Origin: Microthyrium microscopicum
Taxonomy: Eukaryota
Length of the DNA: 64,000 bases
Assembly (NCBI GenBank): GCA_010405405.1
Contig: MU004240.1
Span: forward strand, 1,436,814 to 1,500,813
Direction: 5' to 3'
Shown piece after piece: positions 25,621-38,820 of this stretch (position 1 is its first letter; each line of letters begins with the position of its first letter). The position numbers and the translations under genes are program-made. The notes under the pieces were generated by a model. The model made no database searches. It was not told the DNA's origin and saw nothing but the letters and a program-made list of their open reading frames with translations.

Positions 25621-28274
25621 AATATTTGAACTCAATAGCTTGACGAGAGAGAGAACTTGTTCTTGGAAACGGGGCGAATATCGTCTTTGATCAACAATTG
25701 CATGTTGCAGTACGGACAATGGAACATTTGTTGTTGGGACTCTCTATGCTCTTTTGTGCATGTGAAGACTCCAATGATAAGTGACCAATGTAGTGGGTTA
25801 GTATCAATCAGGCAATCCTCGCTGGTATCTGTCCATATCTATCAACAATCTTAGGCCCAATGTTCAAAAATTTGAATTTATGATTGCTACATAGTAATTA
25901 TGAACCCTCAGTTGCCAGTGTTTGAGTTTATAATAGGTCATAGAGTAGTTGTTTGCTAATTGAATAGTAACTACCTGGTAATACCTACAATTCACTTTCT
26001 GTTCTACCTGTGCTTGTACATGGATCTTCTTAGAAAACGTAAAGGATGTTAGACGATTCCGGGATGATGTGGAGAGTTGAGAGCGGGGCTACTACTTTGT
26101 TGAGAAAAGCTTCGCAAACCACGGATTGCTCATATGAGGTGGGGAGTGGCAAGTTCGTGGAAGACCCTGGCTTTGTTTTCCTATGCTCAGTGATGTGAAG
26201 CGGAGAAGTACATGATGCATAAATTTAGGCAAGTCGAGAGGAAGAGGTTGGGAGCTCTTTCTGGGACCGATACCATCCGTTACTGCGAGGTACAACAAAT
26301 TTGTGGAGATATTGTTAAGCAGCTCGTGGCACGGAGAAGACTCCGCCTTTGATACGGGGAACGGCGTGAACGGGTAGACTATGCAGGCTGAATTGGGTGT
26401 AAAAGTTTGATATTCGAACCAGCAAGCATGAAAGGATTTCATGGTTCAAGCTTTAACAGTGCACAATCTCGGAGAAAGTATGAGATACTGCCGATGCTGG
26501 GAATGCGCCGTTGTAGGTAATGCGGCACGTTTGACGGGTTGACGAACTTATTTGACTGGCCAATTCATTCTATGCAAACCAGGACCCTTGAGTGTTTTTA
26601 CTGGCAAGGTAGCTCTCGAAGTGGTGGGGCTGGAAATGATAATGAAAATCTGGGAGTTAGTTAAAGGCCTACATGGATTTACCATGCAAGAGTCGATCAG
26701 ATTTGTACTACCGTGGGGTGCGAGTTGTGCCCGAGGCCGTCCTTTCGTATCTCTTAATTATTTCCATAAGGACTCATGATGGTGCAAAGACTGAATCGTT
26801 AAACCGTATGGACAATCGACTGCCATGGATGGAGGAGGTCGTCCTGAAGTGGAGGCGAAAAGAACTGAAGGGACTTGCCGATGTAATGTGGCGAGGTCCG
26901 TTTCCCAACCGCGCAGAGCATGGACGGCTTGAATGAAAAACTAGCAGCGGCGAATAAGAGTTTGCGCTCGCTGGATAGTCCCGGAGTTTGAACGTGTGCT
27001 AAGCCAGAAATGCAAGGCCTTTGCGAGAGGATATTCCCCGTTTGTAGATTCTTAGCCACACAAAAACGGGTGCCCCAAAGATATTGCCGCAGCTCATGTC
27101 ATCTGGTCCAGACTCAAAGCAATCAAGTCAACAACTCCCTCTTGTTTGCCTGTCACCTGCAACGCAACACTGCAGTATCAATTGAACCGCAAAGTCTGGG
27201 GTGTTGTCGTGCTTTGACGTCCGGTGGTATGCGATCTGGGTGTTGGGAGGAATCGTGATTGCCGGCATGTCTTTTCCAAAAGCAGTTGATGTTCAACACT
27301 TATGCGGAGTAACACCGCAGTGAACGCAGCAGTGGCGTTCAATTGAAGCACAACCTTGGAACTTTGCAAGCGGCCAGTTGAATTGTAGGAGCCACAAAGG
27401 CTGAATTACATGACGGCATTATGGTCGTGTGCTTGGCTTGGCTGGCAGTTTAGCTTCGTCAGGTACAGATAGCATTGGCGCAATTTCGAGGACTTGGTAA
27501 CTTGGTTGTAGGTTGAAACTTGATTCCAACTGATCAGACATCTTGTACTTCTTGTCATATCAGCTTCAATTCACAAGTAAATGCCTGGTTACCGGCGTAG
27601 TAGGGTGTCAGGGAGTTTCACGGATGCATTGTATTGGTGTGGTTAGAGTACTTGTACAGAGAGTGTCGCCATGGGGGGTTGATTTCTTCATCTCCACGCG
27701 TGCTTCAAGGAATCAGACGCATCAATGGGTTATCCATCTTATCCTTGCTAGTTCCGATTACGCTGCAGGGAATATTCAACTCTTGCTCTAGCCTCCTCTC
27801 ACGTCTTTTCAACTCCAACCTTCAACCAACTCTCTTCCCATCTCTCCAATCTCTCCAATCTCCCCTCTTACCTTCCAACACTCTACAAATTCCTGCTATT
27901 TCTACCCTCATAGATTCACTAATCTAGGCAACAATTTCTTTCCCCTAAGTGTGACCTTCTCCTTACTTCACATTTCTTTCCCGAACAGCCCTTCTTATCC
28001 CCACTACTTGCAGCACTTGTCAGTAGTTAGTACCTCTGTTGTGACTTGCGGTTTCTACTTTATGAACTGCTACTTTCCCTAACATTTAACCCCATCTCGC
28101 CATCTCTTATCAGAGAGCCAATTGTCCCAGCACGTTTGTTACTCCAACCTTTTCACTACCTAAAATCTCGTCCATTGATATCGTCGAGCCTTGAAGGCCT
28201 ATCACCCAATCCCGACTCTCTCTTGCCTTTTAAACTTTACTGCATTATTTGCATATGCACCCCATTCATAGCTC

Positions 28275-31112
28275 ATGAAATACGGCGAAACCCTCCGTCA
28301 ACGGTCTGTCCCGCAGTGGGCATATCGTGAGTCACCTATCCCACTTCCAACCTCATGCAACTGGACTAACTCGTCATTTTAGAAAATGTTGCCTACGACA
28401 GTATTAAAAAGCTCATCAAGGAGCACACTACTCCCAATCGGATAAAAGCTGTCTCCATTCCTGGACAGGGTGACGCTGTCGAGGAATTGTTCGAAAATCA
28501 GCTATTTGACCTACTCGTTGAACAACATGGAAATATCAATCTCTTTGTCCGGAGCAAGTCCGGGGAAATTGACCGACGCCTTGGTTAGTTCCTTTCTTCA
28601 TGCGCTCTGCATACCGTTTCCGCAAAGATCGCGTGCTAATTACTTGGGATACAGATCATTTGGGCAATCAACTGCACAATATACAGTTAGCCAGCTGGCC
28701 ACCGTCAATAGTTCCTGCTCGAGTCCCTCCTTCTAGGCTAGCAAAATATGGTAGGATTGAAGAGCAAGCCTCACAGTAAGAATTCTCACAATTTAACCTT
28801 TGGTTGCTAATCTGTCATAGGGCCGGAGAAGAAATCAAACTTCTCTCGCGGTTTGTCACTGTTCAGAAGACTGCTTTCGTTAAGCTCCTGAAGAAGTATA
28901 AAAAGTGGTCTAGACGTTCATCACTTGAATACAGATGGAGCTCTGAAGTCGTCAGTCAACCAGACAGCTTTACCAACCTGGACCTGGGCCCATTCTTTGA
29001 TCATTGGGCAACTTTACTTCAGGAGATCCGCTTTGCTATGGGCTTTGGTCAGGGTAGAAGCAATGCCACATCTGCCTCGCAGAGTCCAGCAATCAATCCA
29101 ATGATTCCCAAGGAGAGCTCCATTTCAGTAGCTCGACGCCTACACGAGGTGACTTCAAACGGTGTTGACGTTGATTTTGATGCTGCCATATCTTCGGTGC
29201 CAATTGGAACAAGAGGCTCCCGCGCTGTTTATTGGGTACATCCTGACCAACTAGTTGAGTTGCAAGTACTTCTTCTTCAATATACTCGACTAGCATTTCC
29301 AAAATCCCGCCCTGGTAGTTCCAACGATGGAAGTTCCCCAGTTACTAGACGCAGTTCTCTTTCGATAGCCAGGCGGGATGATGGCTCCCACGAAATAACA
29401 AACGGCATGATTGTTTTGGACGAGCCCAATGAGTTTGCGCTATTACAAAACTCGATTCCAATCAGCGATACTGAAGATGCACATTCACCTATTCCCACAC
29501 AGGCGGCGATGACATTGAGGTGGACTTCGGGGACGGATTTGGCAGTATGCTTGCGAGCTGAAGCTTCCATAGACTCGAATATGTCAATCAGATCGCCTGG
29601 AAAGATCAAGTTCAAGCGTGCTGCGGACTTTTTAGACTTGACCAAAAATTATGTCCCATCAGGGATTACAGATCCGGACAGCAACAACCTGTCTAGGACT
29701 CCCGACAACCCAGAAAAAGTACTCACAGCCCGAAAGTGGCTCGAAGATCACACCCAAACCAAGCCGTTGGTTAGCGTTCTCTCAAAAAGATCTCGATTCA
29801 TCAACTTGCCCAATGGTAGAGACAGTGGGCTATGGTGTGTACTCGACACGAATGTCGTCTTCAGAAGTGTGGCTTTAAAAGATCTGGAAGGGAAGGATTG
29901 GCCTCAAACATTAAGTCAAGATGGCTTGCGATTTCCCTACGCCGTTTTACAAGTCAGACAAGAGGGTAAAACTGCTTTTGATCTGATCAGACTGCTAGAT
30001 GAAAGCCACCTGGTAAAAACTATTCTGTACAGTATATAATTCTCAACTAACGGTTTCTCTAGACAGAAAGAGTTCGAGGCTTCTCATTATCTGCGCATGC
30101 CGTGTGGTCTTGCGCAAGACCGCGGGTCATGACACCTCCTTTTTGGGTAAGCAGTTCGTTCTCTTTTGACAGTCACATCTAACCCGTATAGCTTCCCGTA
30201 TTGTCAGGAGATATTCGAAAGCTACCTTCAGCGAACAACGGGCGTCGAAAACGCAAGACAGCATCCAACAAGATAGCAAGTTCTGGAGGAGAAGACATCG
30301 GCTCTAGCTCAACAGCAGCTGATACCGGAGAAGAGTCTTCATCTATAGCGGGAAATCGAGGAGACTACAAGCGAGGACGAAGCTCGAAATACGCCAATTT
30401 GCGAAAGAAACAGGACTTGTCTCAGACGGAATCAGTACGATACTGGAGCGAATACGACCAACCCGAGGATGACCCAGAGGAGGGTTATTTTATATACGTC
30501 AATCCAGACGATGACGACGACGATGATTCGTGGATTCCCTTTAGAGACTCTGCACGCACAGCATACAAACGGCTGCGCAGTATGCTTTCTCGCTCCAACA
30601 GCTCCGTTACGGCCGTTGGCGATGAGGAGAGCTCGCCTCTTCTCCAGTCATCGATGCTACCAAAGCCTGGCTTTCCGGAATCCATCACTGAAGAAACCTC
30701 ATCCAGCTCGTCCTCTTCTGACGAAGACGAGACTGATGACTATCTCCACCCTCGCACGCGCTACGGCACCCTCGCCGCCTCTCGTCCCGTTGACGTCCAG
30801 ACAGAGAACGACGCAATTGGCATCCTCCTAGCGTCTATGATATCCCTCTTCTTCGCTGCAACACTCAGTATCGTCCTTCTCGTGCTCTCCTCAGTCGGCC
30901 GCAAGCGCGCCCGCGGAGAAATCGACATTGTGGTCCTAGCCGGCTCGTTTATAAGTTTAGCGTTTGCCGTCATAGGTCTCTGGGGCATGTTGCGGCGCGA
31001 TGCTGGAGTGACGCGATGGATGATTGGCATCTCAATCTTCGCTGGCGTGGTGATCATTGACGGGGTGCTGGCAGGCACGCTGGTACGAGAGATACTCTTG
31101 GCTGTCAAGTGA
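28275..31112 (+). CDS. SPX domain protein with VTC-like central region and C-terminal transmembrane helices
   Basis: SPX N-terminus MKYGETLRQRSVPQWAYQNVAYDSIKKLIK and Q.TAF.KLLKKYKKW. VTC-like motifs YWVHPDQLVELQVLL, FPYAVLQVR and L.ERVRGFSL, then YWSEYD.PED and hydrophobic helices. Five frame-preserving introns: 28327-28382, 28584-28654, 28776-28820, 30013-30062 and 30147-30191. Confidence 0.88.
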
Positions 31113-31727
31113 ATTCGCCATTGCTATGTGTTTCTGAGCCACGGAGGGTGGCTGCTATTCTGTCTTTTTGATGTTTTTTTGATGAGCATTATTGATTGCG
31201 GGTGGGCATTGCATTGCATGGATATGAGATGATGATAACGGATATCAAGAGCTACAAGGCTATTCTTAGATTCTTACATTACTATTACCTTAGAGCCGAC
31301 CTGGCCAAAGTAAATCGTTACTTTGAGCCTTGGTGTAGTATATAGATATATGCAGGCCGATTACACTGAATGCTTCCAATAATTCCGTGAATCTGAGGTC
31401 CGAAACGGGGTTCACTTCGTAGTGTACCTAGGCCTAGCCTGGAGAAATTGCCCCTTTTCAAGTGGGTTGAGTACGTAATTAGCCTATGATGGTCTTCAGG
31501 ATAGGTTGTATGGGAGTTGAGCCAGTCAAATATTTGAAACCCGCCAGAACTGCACGGGTTAACCCGCTGTTAACCCGTCAGATGCCGCTGTTCAATAGTA
31601 TCATAGCATGCTAAGATACTTTTCGTATGGTCTTGAGGTCCAGTGGATGCAACTGTGTTCGACCTGTGGGTTCTCTGCCTCGATCATGCTTGATTTATCG
31701 TGTTCAGATCAGTTTTTGATCATAGAC

Positions 31728-32935
31728 TCATGTCCTTCGAAGTCTCAAAATATCAGACAACTTCAAATCGCCCTTCGCTCCCCATCCATGCACACCATCT
31801 GCGACACTCGGCCGCACTTGCACATACCACTGCCAGGCTTTGGCATCCAATTGCTCAGCGCTAACGTGCGGACTCCACGATTGGAATAATAGCTCCAGTG
31901 CGCCCAGTAATAGGGCAACCACCTCTTCACCATCCGAGGATTTGAGCTTGGTAGCTTTCTTAGAAGCAACCTCGGTCCTTGAGGGAGCAGCTTTCTTACT
32001 AAACGCCCGCATCAGATATGCCCTCGCAGATTGTGGTGTATATATCGGCAGCCCAGTGTCCGCCAACCCAACACCCGTCCCGTCATTCTCGCCTCCTTGC
32101 GCTTTTTTCAGTGCTTCCACATCCAGTGCCCACAGCGCAGGTTTTTCGTCCGCTGGGGTTGGCTTGATCGTGGCATCAGTGTCTTGTGTGCTTGTCTCCT
32201 GCTTGACCCCATCCGGGTCATGCTTCATCTCTTCCGGCTCATGCTTAACCTCATTCGGCAGATCTGCCCACCCCGAACGCTTCATAGTCCTTACACTCCG
32301 CCCCATGACCTTCACAACCGCCTGCCCCTGTCCCCATCCCTCCTCATCTGCACTTTTCCCCTGTTCGATACCCAAACTAACCGCCTTACTCCGACTATTC
32401 ATGCTAACCGCCGCCTGCGCTAGACTCAATCTGCTGGAAAGAGGCTGTTCAGGCATAGTATATTTAAGCGCCACCACTCCAAAAGCCAACACAAGCGGCG
32501 CTCTATTCGTAACCAGCACCGTATCCGCAATTCGTTCTTCATCCAGTATCGGCATAGGCAGATCTAATGACTCTTCGGTAGGCCCACCTGGCTGAGGCAG
32601 TTCGAATTGGGAAGGCCGAGCTTTCTTTGCAGGAGGTGAGAGTGTATCATCGCCAGCGACACGTTTCTTGCTGAGTCGTTTGGCGGCGTTGAGGACTTGT
32701 TTTGCGGTTTTGCCGTCTTCGAAAAAGGGTGCTAGGGTGACGGGGTTGGAGGCTGCTATTGCGGTGGGGCTAAGTCGCGGTTAGATGCTAGATGCCGAGT
32801 TTGGGATTGGGAGTTTTACGTTGTTAGATTGGCTTTTTGGAGGTTTTTGATGGTGCCCATTGCTTTGGCGATGGGGACCTTCGCGTCTTGGGATAGGAAG
32901 CGGAGGAGGGCTTGGATTTCGCTTGCTGATGACAT
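31728..32935 (-). CDS. Conserved hypothetical fungal protein
   Basis: ATG 32935 (MSSASEIQALLRFLSQDAKVP). Intron 32770-32819 joins it in frame to the 275-aa ORF containing TNRAPLVLAF, EQPLSSRLSLAQA and AWQWYVQVRP..GWGAKG. Confidence 0.85.
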
Positions 32936-33235
32936 GGTGGATGGAGTGAGTCTGTCTGCAGCTTTTGGAAACGGGATTTGGTGATATAACTCAGATATTT
33001 GGTGATCTAACTTGGATATTCGGAGGAAGCTGAAAAAAAAGATTTGGCGATGGCTGTGGTGTTGACTCTTGAGCGTCATAGAACGCGTCTCTCCGCGTGT
33101 TCACATGATCGGTCAAAAGTCAATTAACAATTACGGTATGTTGCTTAGGCTGAGTTCAATTCCCTCAAAAACACAATGCCAACAAAAAAAAAATCCAGAC
33201 CAGACATCGAGTTGAACAGATCTGGTAGTCCTTAT

Positions 33236-33545
33236 GGGGAGGGTTAGCAAACGAAATCGTGCAACATTTGTTTGCTCGTGTTCTAACCAAAAGCAGGTCT
33301 GCTAGGCTTTTATAGCTCTAGCACATAACCTTATTTAATCCACAATCTATTTAGCTAAAGCCAGTCTCAACGGACAAACCAATGATAAGCTATGAATTTC
33401 GGCGCTATACCTTTTCGAGGAGAAGTTTTTGAGAAGTTGCCGCTAGACCTCAGGTCTAGCGGCAACTGCTCGAATTCGTTTACTAGCTATCTTGGGTGAA
33501 GATCTGCAAATGAATATTGCAGAATTTCGTTTGCTAACCCTCCCC
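33236..33545. mobile_element. 310-bp MITE-like element, probably PIF/Harbinger-type
   Basis: TIR GGGGAGGGTTAGCAAACGAAAT is perfect for 22 bp and extends to 33 bp with 3 mismatches. Flanks are TAT and AAT (imperfect 3-bp TSD). No coding capacity. Confidence 0.85.
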
Positions 33546-36500
33546 AATCCAACGATCCTCCCGACCTTTCGCCCCTTCTGCTCTGCTTTCCGGTGTGGTT
33601 GATCGGATGCGACCAAAAGGTAGCACAGATCGGAAGAACTGGAACAGAGTGCCGTCAGGCAGCCATGCAGCAGGTCTCACTGTAATTGGATGCTAAGGCG
33701 AGACATGCTTCCTGTGTACTAAAGAAATCTGGGCAGTCAGCCTTGCGACAAGTAGGAACTATCGCAGCAGTCACGGCTTTGCCTGGCACGACCTCGGAAC
33801 AAGATCCTGATGGACTGGCTTATCTCTCTGCTTTAAGAACAAGCAACCTTGTAGGCAGAGCAGAATCGGCGCAGCAAGAGATTTTCGGCCTAGTCTCTTT
33901 CGCCCTGGCATGCACTGCGTTATTTTTTCAAGGTTTGGGCAAGTTTGAGGACCAGAAGCTGCTGTTAGCGTCCAGTGGTGCTTACTGCTTTGCTTGCCTC
34001 ACTATTTTTTTTAGGAGGTGTATTGTTTTTATTGGCAAAGAGTTACAGGGGGATGTTGATCCCAAAACGGACTAAGAGATGAGTAACTAACAACCAACTA
34101 AGCTAGACCATCCCACAGCCAATTTTGAGTCCCCAAGTGATCCTGTGAAGCCCTCTTTGTAGAGGAAATCACCCTCGAAAGGGCCTCCTAAATCCCTCTC
34201 TCTGTCGCTCTCTTTGTTGTAATTGATTGTCGGACGAATAAGCGTCAAGGAAGGTAAAGAGGGTCCAATCCGTTTAGTATCCTTTGTAACCCGCTGTCGC
34301 CCATCACTATCATTCAAAGTCTCTCCGTCTCATAGAAATCATTGTTCTCTTGTTTGACTCAGGCCCAGAAAGGCTTCTGGCTAGAATCACGTTGCGGATG
34401 CCACTAATACTATCGGATCCGTCGAGGATTTTCGTCGATAGCTGGGTAAGTCGTTGTTTTGTCTTGGTTGGACGACGGCGATAGAGGTTCCTGATGGAAG
34501 GTCGATAGTTGGTTATTCGTAATCCTTCCTTAACAAACAAGGTCGTCCATCAATAACACGGTGGCCTTTGTTATTGAATCGTGGTGGCGTGGCAATTTAT
34601 TCTCTTGCGCAGAGCGAGCAGTTTTACCTCATCCTCAGGAGGGCTCACTATTTTTTTTTCCTTCGGTGAAGTGAGGTATGCGACTTGTTTTCCCTGCACC
34701 TCCGGCCAAATCTGTTTATCCTGCGCCTCCTACATTTGTTGGGTACGCCATTGGTCCTTGATTTAAAGTTTGTTGCGAAACTGTGTGGGTACTGTGCAGG
34801 AGAGCTGGACCATCTCGTGCCCGCACATGTCGGCATGGGATAGGGTACGTAACTCGGAGGCGGTAATTATGTTCTGGGTCTGCGGAAACTTCATGATGCT
34901 TCAACCACTTAGATTTGGCTTATCAAGTCATCAATCTCATCTTCATGGGATCGAATATGCACGCCAGTCGGTCCCATCAATCACACAACAGTGGAACATT
35001 GTATCTGAGGTCGCCATCACGAGCCAGCGCCACTTGGAGTGGTAAATGGATAAGCCGTCGCATAAGTTCTCGATTCATTGGACGCTTATGTCTTGATCAA
35101 CGATGCTTGATATGACAGAGATAGGAAATCAAACGGAGGTTTGAGGTATCATGCCATGTTGATCTGTATGCCCAACGGCGTCCTGACAGGCCTCTCCACA
35201 ATCATAAGCTAAGAAAAGCAAATATGTGACGTCTTATCTTGAGCGACTTTGAGTGAGAACCTTATTTCTGTACCTATCTGGGGAAAGCTGGATCTCAGTT
35301 CGCCAAAGGCCGGGCTTACAGAAAGGTTGGTTCCATGTCGAATGCATGCGCATCCAAGGTCTCCATGTCAAGACGACATCGGGTACCAGCTGGGCCTGGA
35401 CGAAGATGGATAATCTCCTGCATGGTGCTTGTATAAGTTCAGCATATGCTGATATTCCACATCATTAGCGAAGCCGGCTACAGAGCACTGGGAAGCAGTT
35501 CGCTGACGGCGTCGAACTAACATATCAAAAACTGCAACAGCCATAATTCAGGTCCTCCCGTTGGATTATTGACCGGGAGGCAAAGATAGAAAACCTGTCA
35601 CTTGTTAAATGCACCTACAATCAGCCCACCATGCCTATCTTGGTCTTCCTGCAGGACCAGCCTTTAATATTTCTGGGCGTCTGATAGGTAGAGCGAGTCT
35701 TGGTGTACAGTCTGCAGAGTGCTGCAAGCTGTCGCAAGGTCGGCGAATCGCTGGACGACATTCCCCACACATATGCAGTAACTTGCAAGAAGCGTGCTGC
35801 AACCGCTGCTGCAGGAGATCGAGAATAGCGAGCAAATCAACTAATGGCTTTCTTCAAGGTGTCCATTGGATGCTTGTACCTTTAGCTACAGAACAGTGAG
35901 CGATATTTGGCAGCGTAAGAACTTTGGCGTGTGCGAAAGTGCAACATGAGCATTAATTGGGGGCTGCATTCTGCAGCACAAAACTCATAGAACAGACCGG
36001 AACATCGTGGATGAAGAGAATTAGTGATCACGACGCATGTTTCTTTTGATGCTCATAGCGGCCTGTACGACAATTGCACTACGGCTTGACTACCTACCTA
36101 TCTTCAACTCAATGCTAGGCAATCTCGGTGCACTCCTGTCTTCACGGCTGTGGTTTAGGCTTTGGGAACCATTAAACAAAGCAAAACGGACTTCGCCTTC
36201 GTTTCTTCCAATCAAACGGCTTTGCAAAACATAGCATTCAACTATTTCTAGCCCTCAGAGGCTTGGCTGCTTGTTGATGCTCCAGACACTTAAACATTGG
36301 TGGCGGAGGCTGCCGATGCGCTCCGCCTTGTGCGCACTTTATTGATGAATGAGTCTGGATCATGATTCAATATTGTGTTAGGAAAACAATATGTGAAAAC
36401 TTTTTTGCAATACCTGCCTTGAATGGAAATATCATGCATGTGTATAGTCTTCAAACTTCACGATGCTCCCAGTAGTCGTATCCGCTTCTCCTCAGTGCGT

Positions 36501-38820
36501 ATCCGATCCATTGATTCGGATAGAAACGTGCAGGTGCTAACGATGATGTGATCAATCTAAACTAGCCAAAATATGATAGTCATGTAGCCGCTTATTCAAC
36601 CCCTAGCAGCTCAATAATTTGGTCGATTTCCACGGGGATTATGGAAAGTCTGGTGTTGCAGTTCCGACAAAGTGCTACTTGCCTTTAGGAGTGAGGGCAT
36701 GAGAGCATATTTTCTACGAACCAGATCTTACATACTATATTGATGAGACCAAACTTATGGCGAAGTATCAACATGAGCATGAATCAAGGGCAAGACATAC
36801 GAGTGCCAACAAAAACGCTACATCACAAGTAATCTTCCATATATTGTTTGATCTCCATGGTAACAAAGTCGACATCATATATCGTCAATCTTGACCACTC
36901 GTAGGCTCACCGTGCTATAAGATATGACACCTAAGTTTCGAAACAGCGGGCTACTGTATTTCCTGGAATCTTAGGTTATTCGATAATCCGGATAAACTTC
37001 TCGGGAGAAGTGATCTAGAAAACGCTATACCTTGTCGTCGATCGCGATAGCATAGAGAGATACAAGCCTATAACTTTATTCCCATGGCCTTGCGCTTGGT
37101 TGTGCACTGACACCTACCATATCCAGCTGTATAGTATAGCCACCTATTTACCGCCTTGTGTCATTTCATGGCCCTAGCTAAATGAAAGAGGCAGTGAGGC
37201 GTAGGTATCCATGGCTACTGCTATAGGTAGGGATAACCGACTCAAGTTGAGGATCGACTCCAGGGATATAGCTGCCAGTTGGAATTGCAGGCAGCGCAGT
37301 GTTCTATCGACACCGCCTCATTCGCAAAATAGCCTACTAGCAAGGGCTGGTAAACAATATAACGAAAAGCCTTATAGCAGGGTGCGTTTGTGACTAGGTG
37401 GCTGGTCAAATAGCAACGGACTCCGTTGCCAAATCCGGCGCCAGCTGGGGTTGCTGTTGGTTTGCGAAACAAACCCATGTGGCCCAACAATTTAACAGGC
37501 AGGATCTGCGTAGCCTTGCGTATGTCGTTATTATTGTCTTTTGACATTGGGAAATTCTTAAATTGAACTTCAGGCTCCATGAATATATGCCCATGCTTGT
37601 CTGCGTTTGGTGAGCAAGTTGGCCGGTTGGTGACCCGGGTGGCACCCAAGACTACTTATCGCAGAACTGAAATTGGACGGGCTTGGTAAAACTGACTTCC
37701 CGCTCAATAACAGTGGGACATCCGTGGGCAAAGAGATAGTCGGTGCTTGGGTGTCGCAAATTATGACGTGGGATGAGTGGTTCATGGCCATGTAAGGATG
37801 CGTTCGCGACAAACACTTTGCGTTGCCTCGCATACAGTAGAGCAATGAGCCTTGAAGGATTTTCCATGGCTCCCTACACGGTGGGTTGAGAATAAAACAT
37901 GCAGCTTGTCTCTCTGACTGGCTCGTTAATCTATCAAGGATTATAACATTAGCCTCATATCCTAGATCTTGATGTCACGTCGGTGCTGGGGGACGGTACT
38001 ACTAACATACTGCTGAATGTAGTAATTAGTTTCACGGATTGAGAAAGTATGCAATGAATCTGAGAGTGTTTGGTGGGTGCAGTACGAAGACTGCTAGTTT
38101 GAATTGAAATCTGAATTCCTGGCGACTTCGCCGGTGACAAAAACAGGAGATGGTATCTTGCGAGCGAAAGACAATGGCTGTAAACAAAGCAAATAAGACA
38201 CATGTGCCACGAGCAATTTTCTTCCAAAATTGCTGTTCCCATTCCCAGTTTAAACTCAGGGATATATCCTCCACAAAGACAGATCGCTCTACAGTTGCGT
38301 ACTGTGACACATGACGTTAAACCTGAACAAACAACGCCTTCAAATGCGAAACGGCAGCGATTAGGTGCCATGAACCAGAGACGCCGGAAAATAAAAACGG
38401 TTGGAGGATTTTGGTAGTAATATCGCACATGGACTACTTCATGGGTGTATCCTTCAAAAAGTAGAAGTCCTTTCAAAATGGTATGGAAATAATGGACAAG
38501 AATTGAAAATTGCATCCGTGTCCGCAAGGCGTGATATCGAACTTTTGGCAGGCCAAGCAAAGAAAAAGGCCGTGCCCTAATCAAGTCGAATTCAAAGAGT
38601 CTATAATTCGTCGGGAAAAGTCGCTTGAGATAATGTCGAAAGAATGAAGCAATTAAGATCTGATAAGAGAAGCCCTGGTGCCTTCGTGCGCGTCGTAATT
38701 GGTTCGTGGATTCCGCTCCATAGGAAAAAAAGATGTTGAAAACTGTGAAATACAGTATTTGAAAGAGAGGTAACGATTTGTCGGTTCCATTGCTGGATAT
38801 AGTGTAACAGTGCGTATCCC

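Noticed and set aside
31555..31577. CGGGTTAACCCG palindrome and TTAACCCG repeat, telomere-like
   Set aside because: Too short, and not a tandem TTAGGG array.
31840..32595. 251-aa plus-strand ORF
   Set aside because: Antisense shadow of the minus-strand conserved gene.
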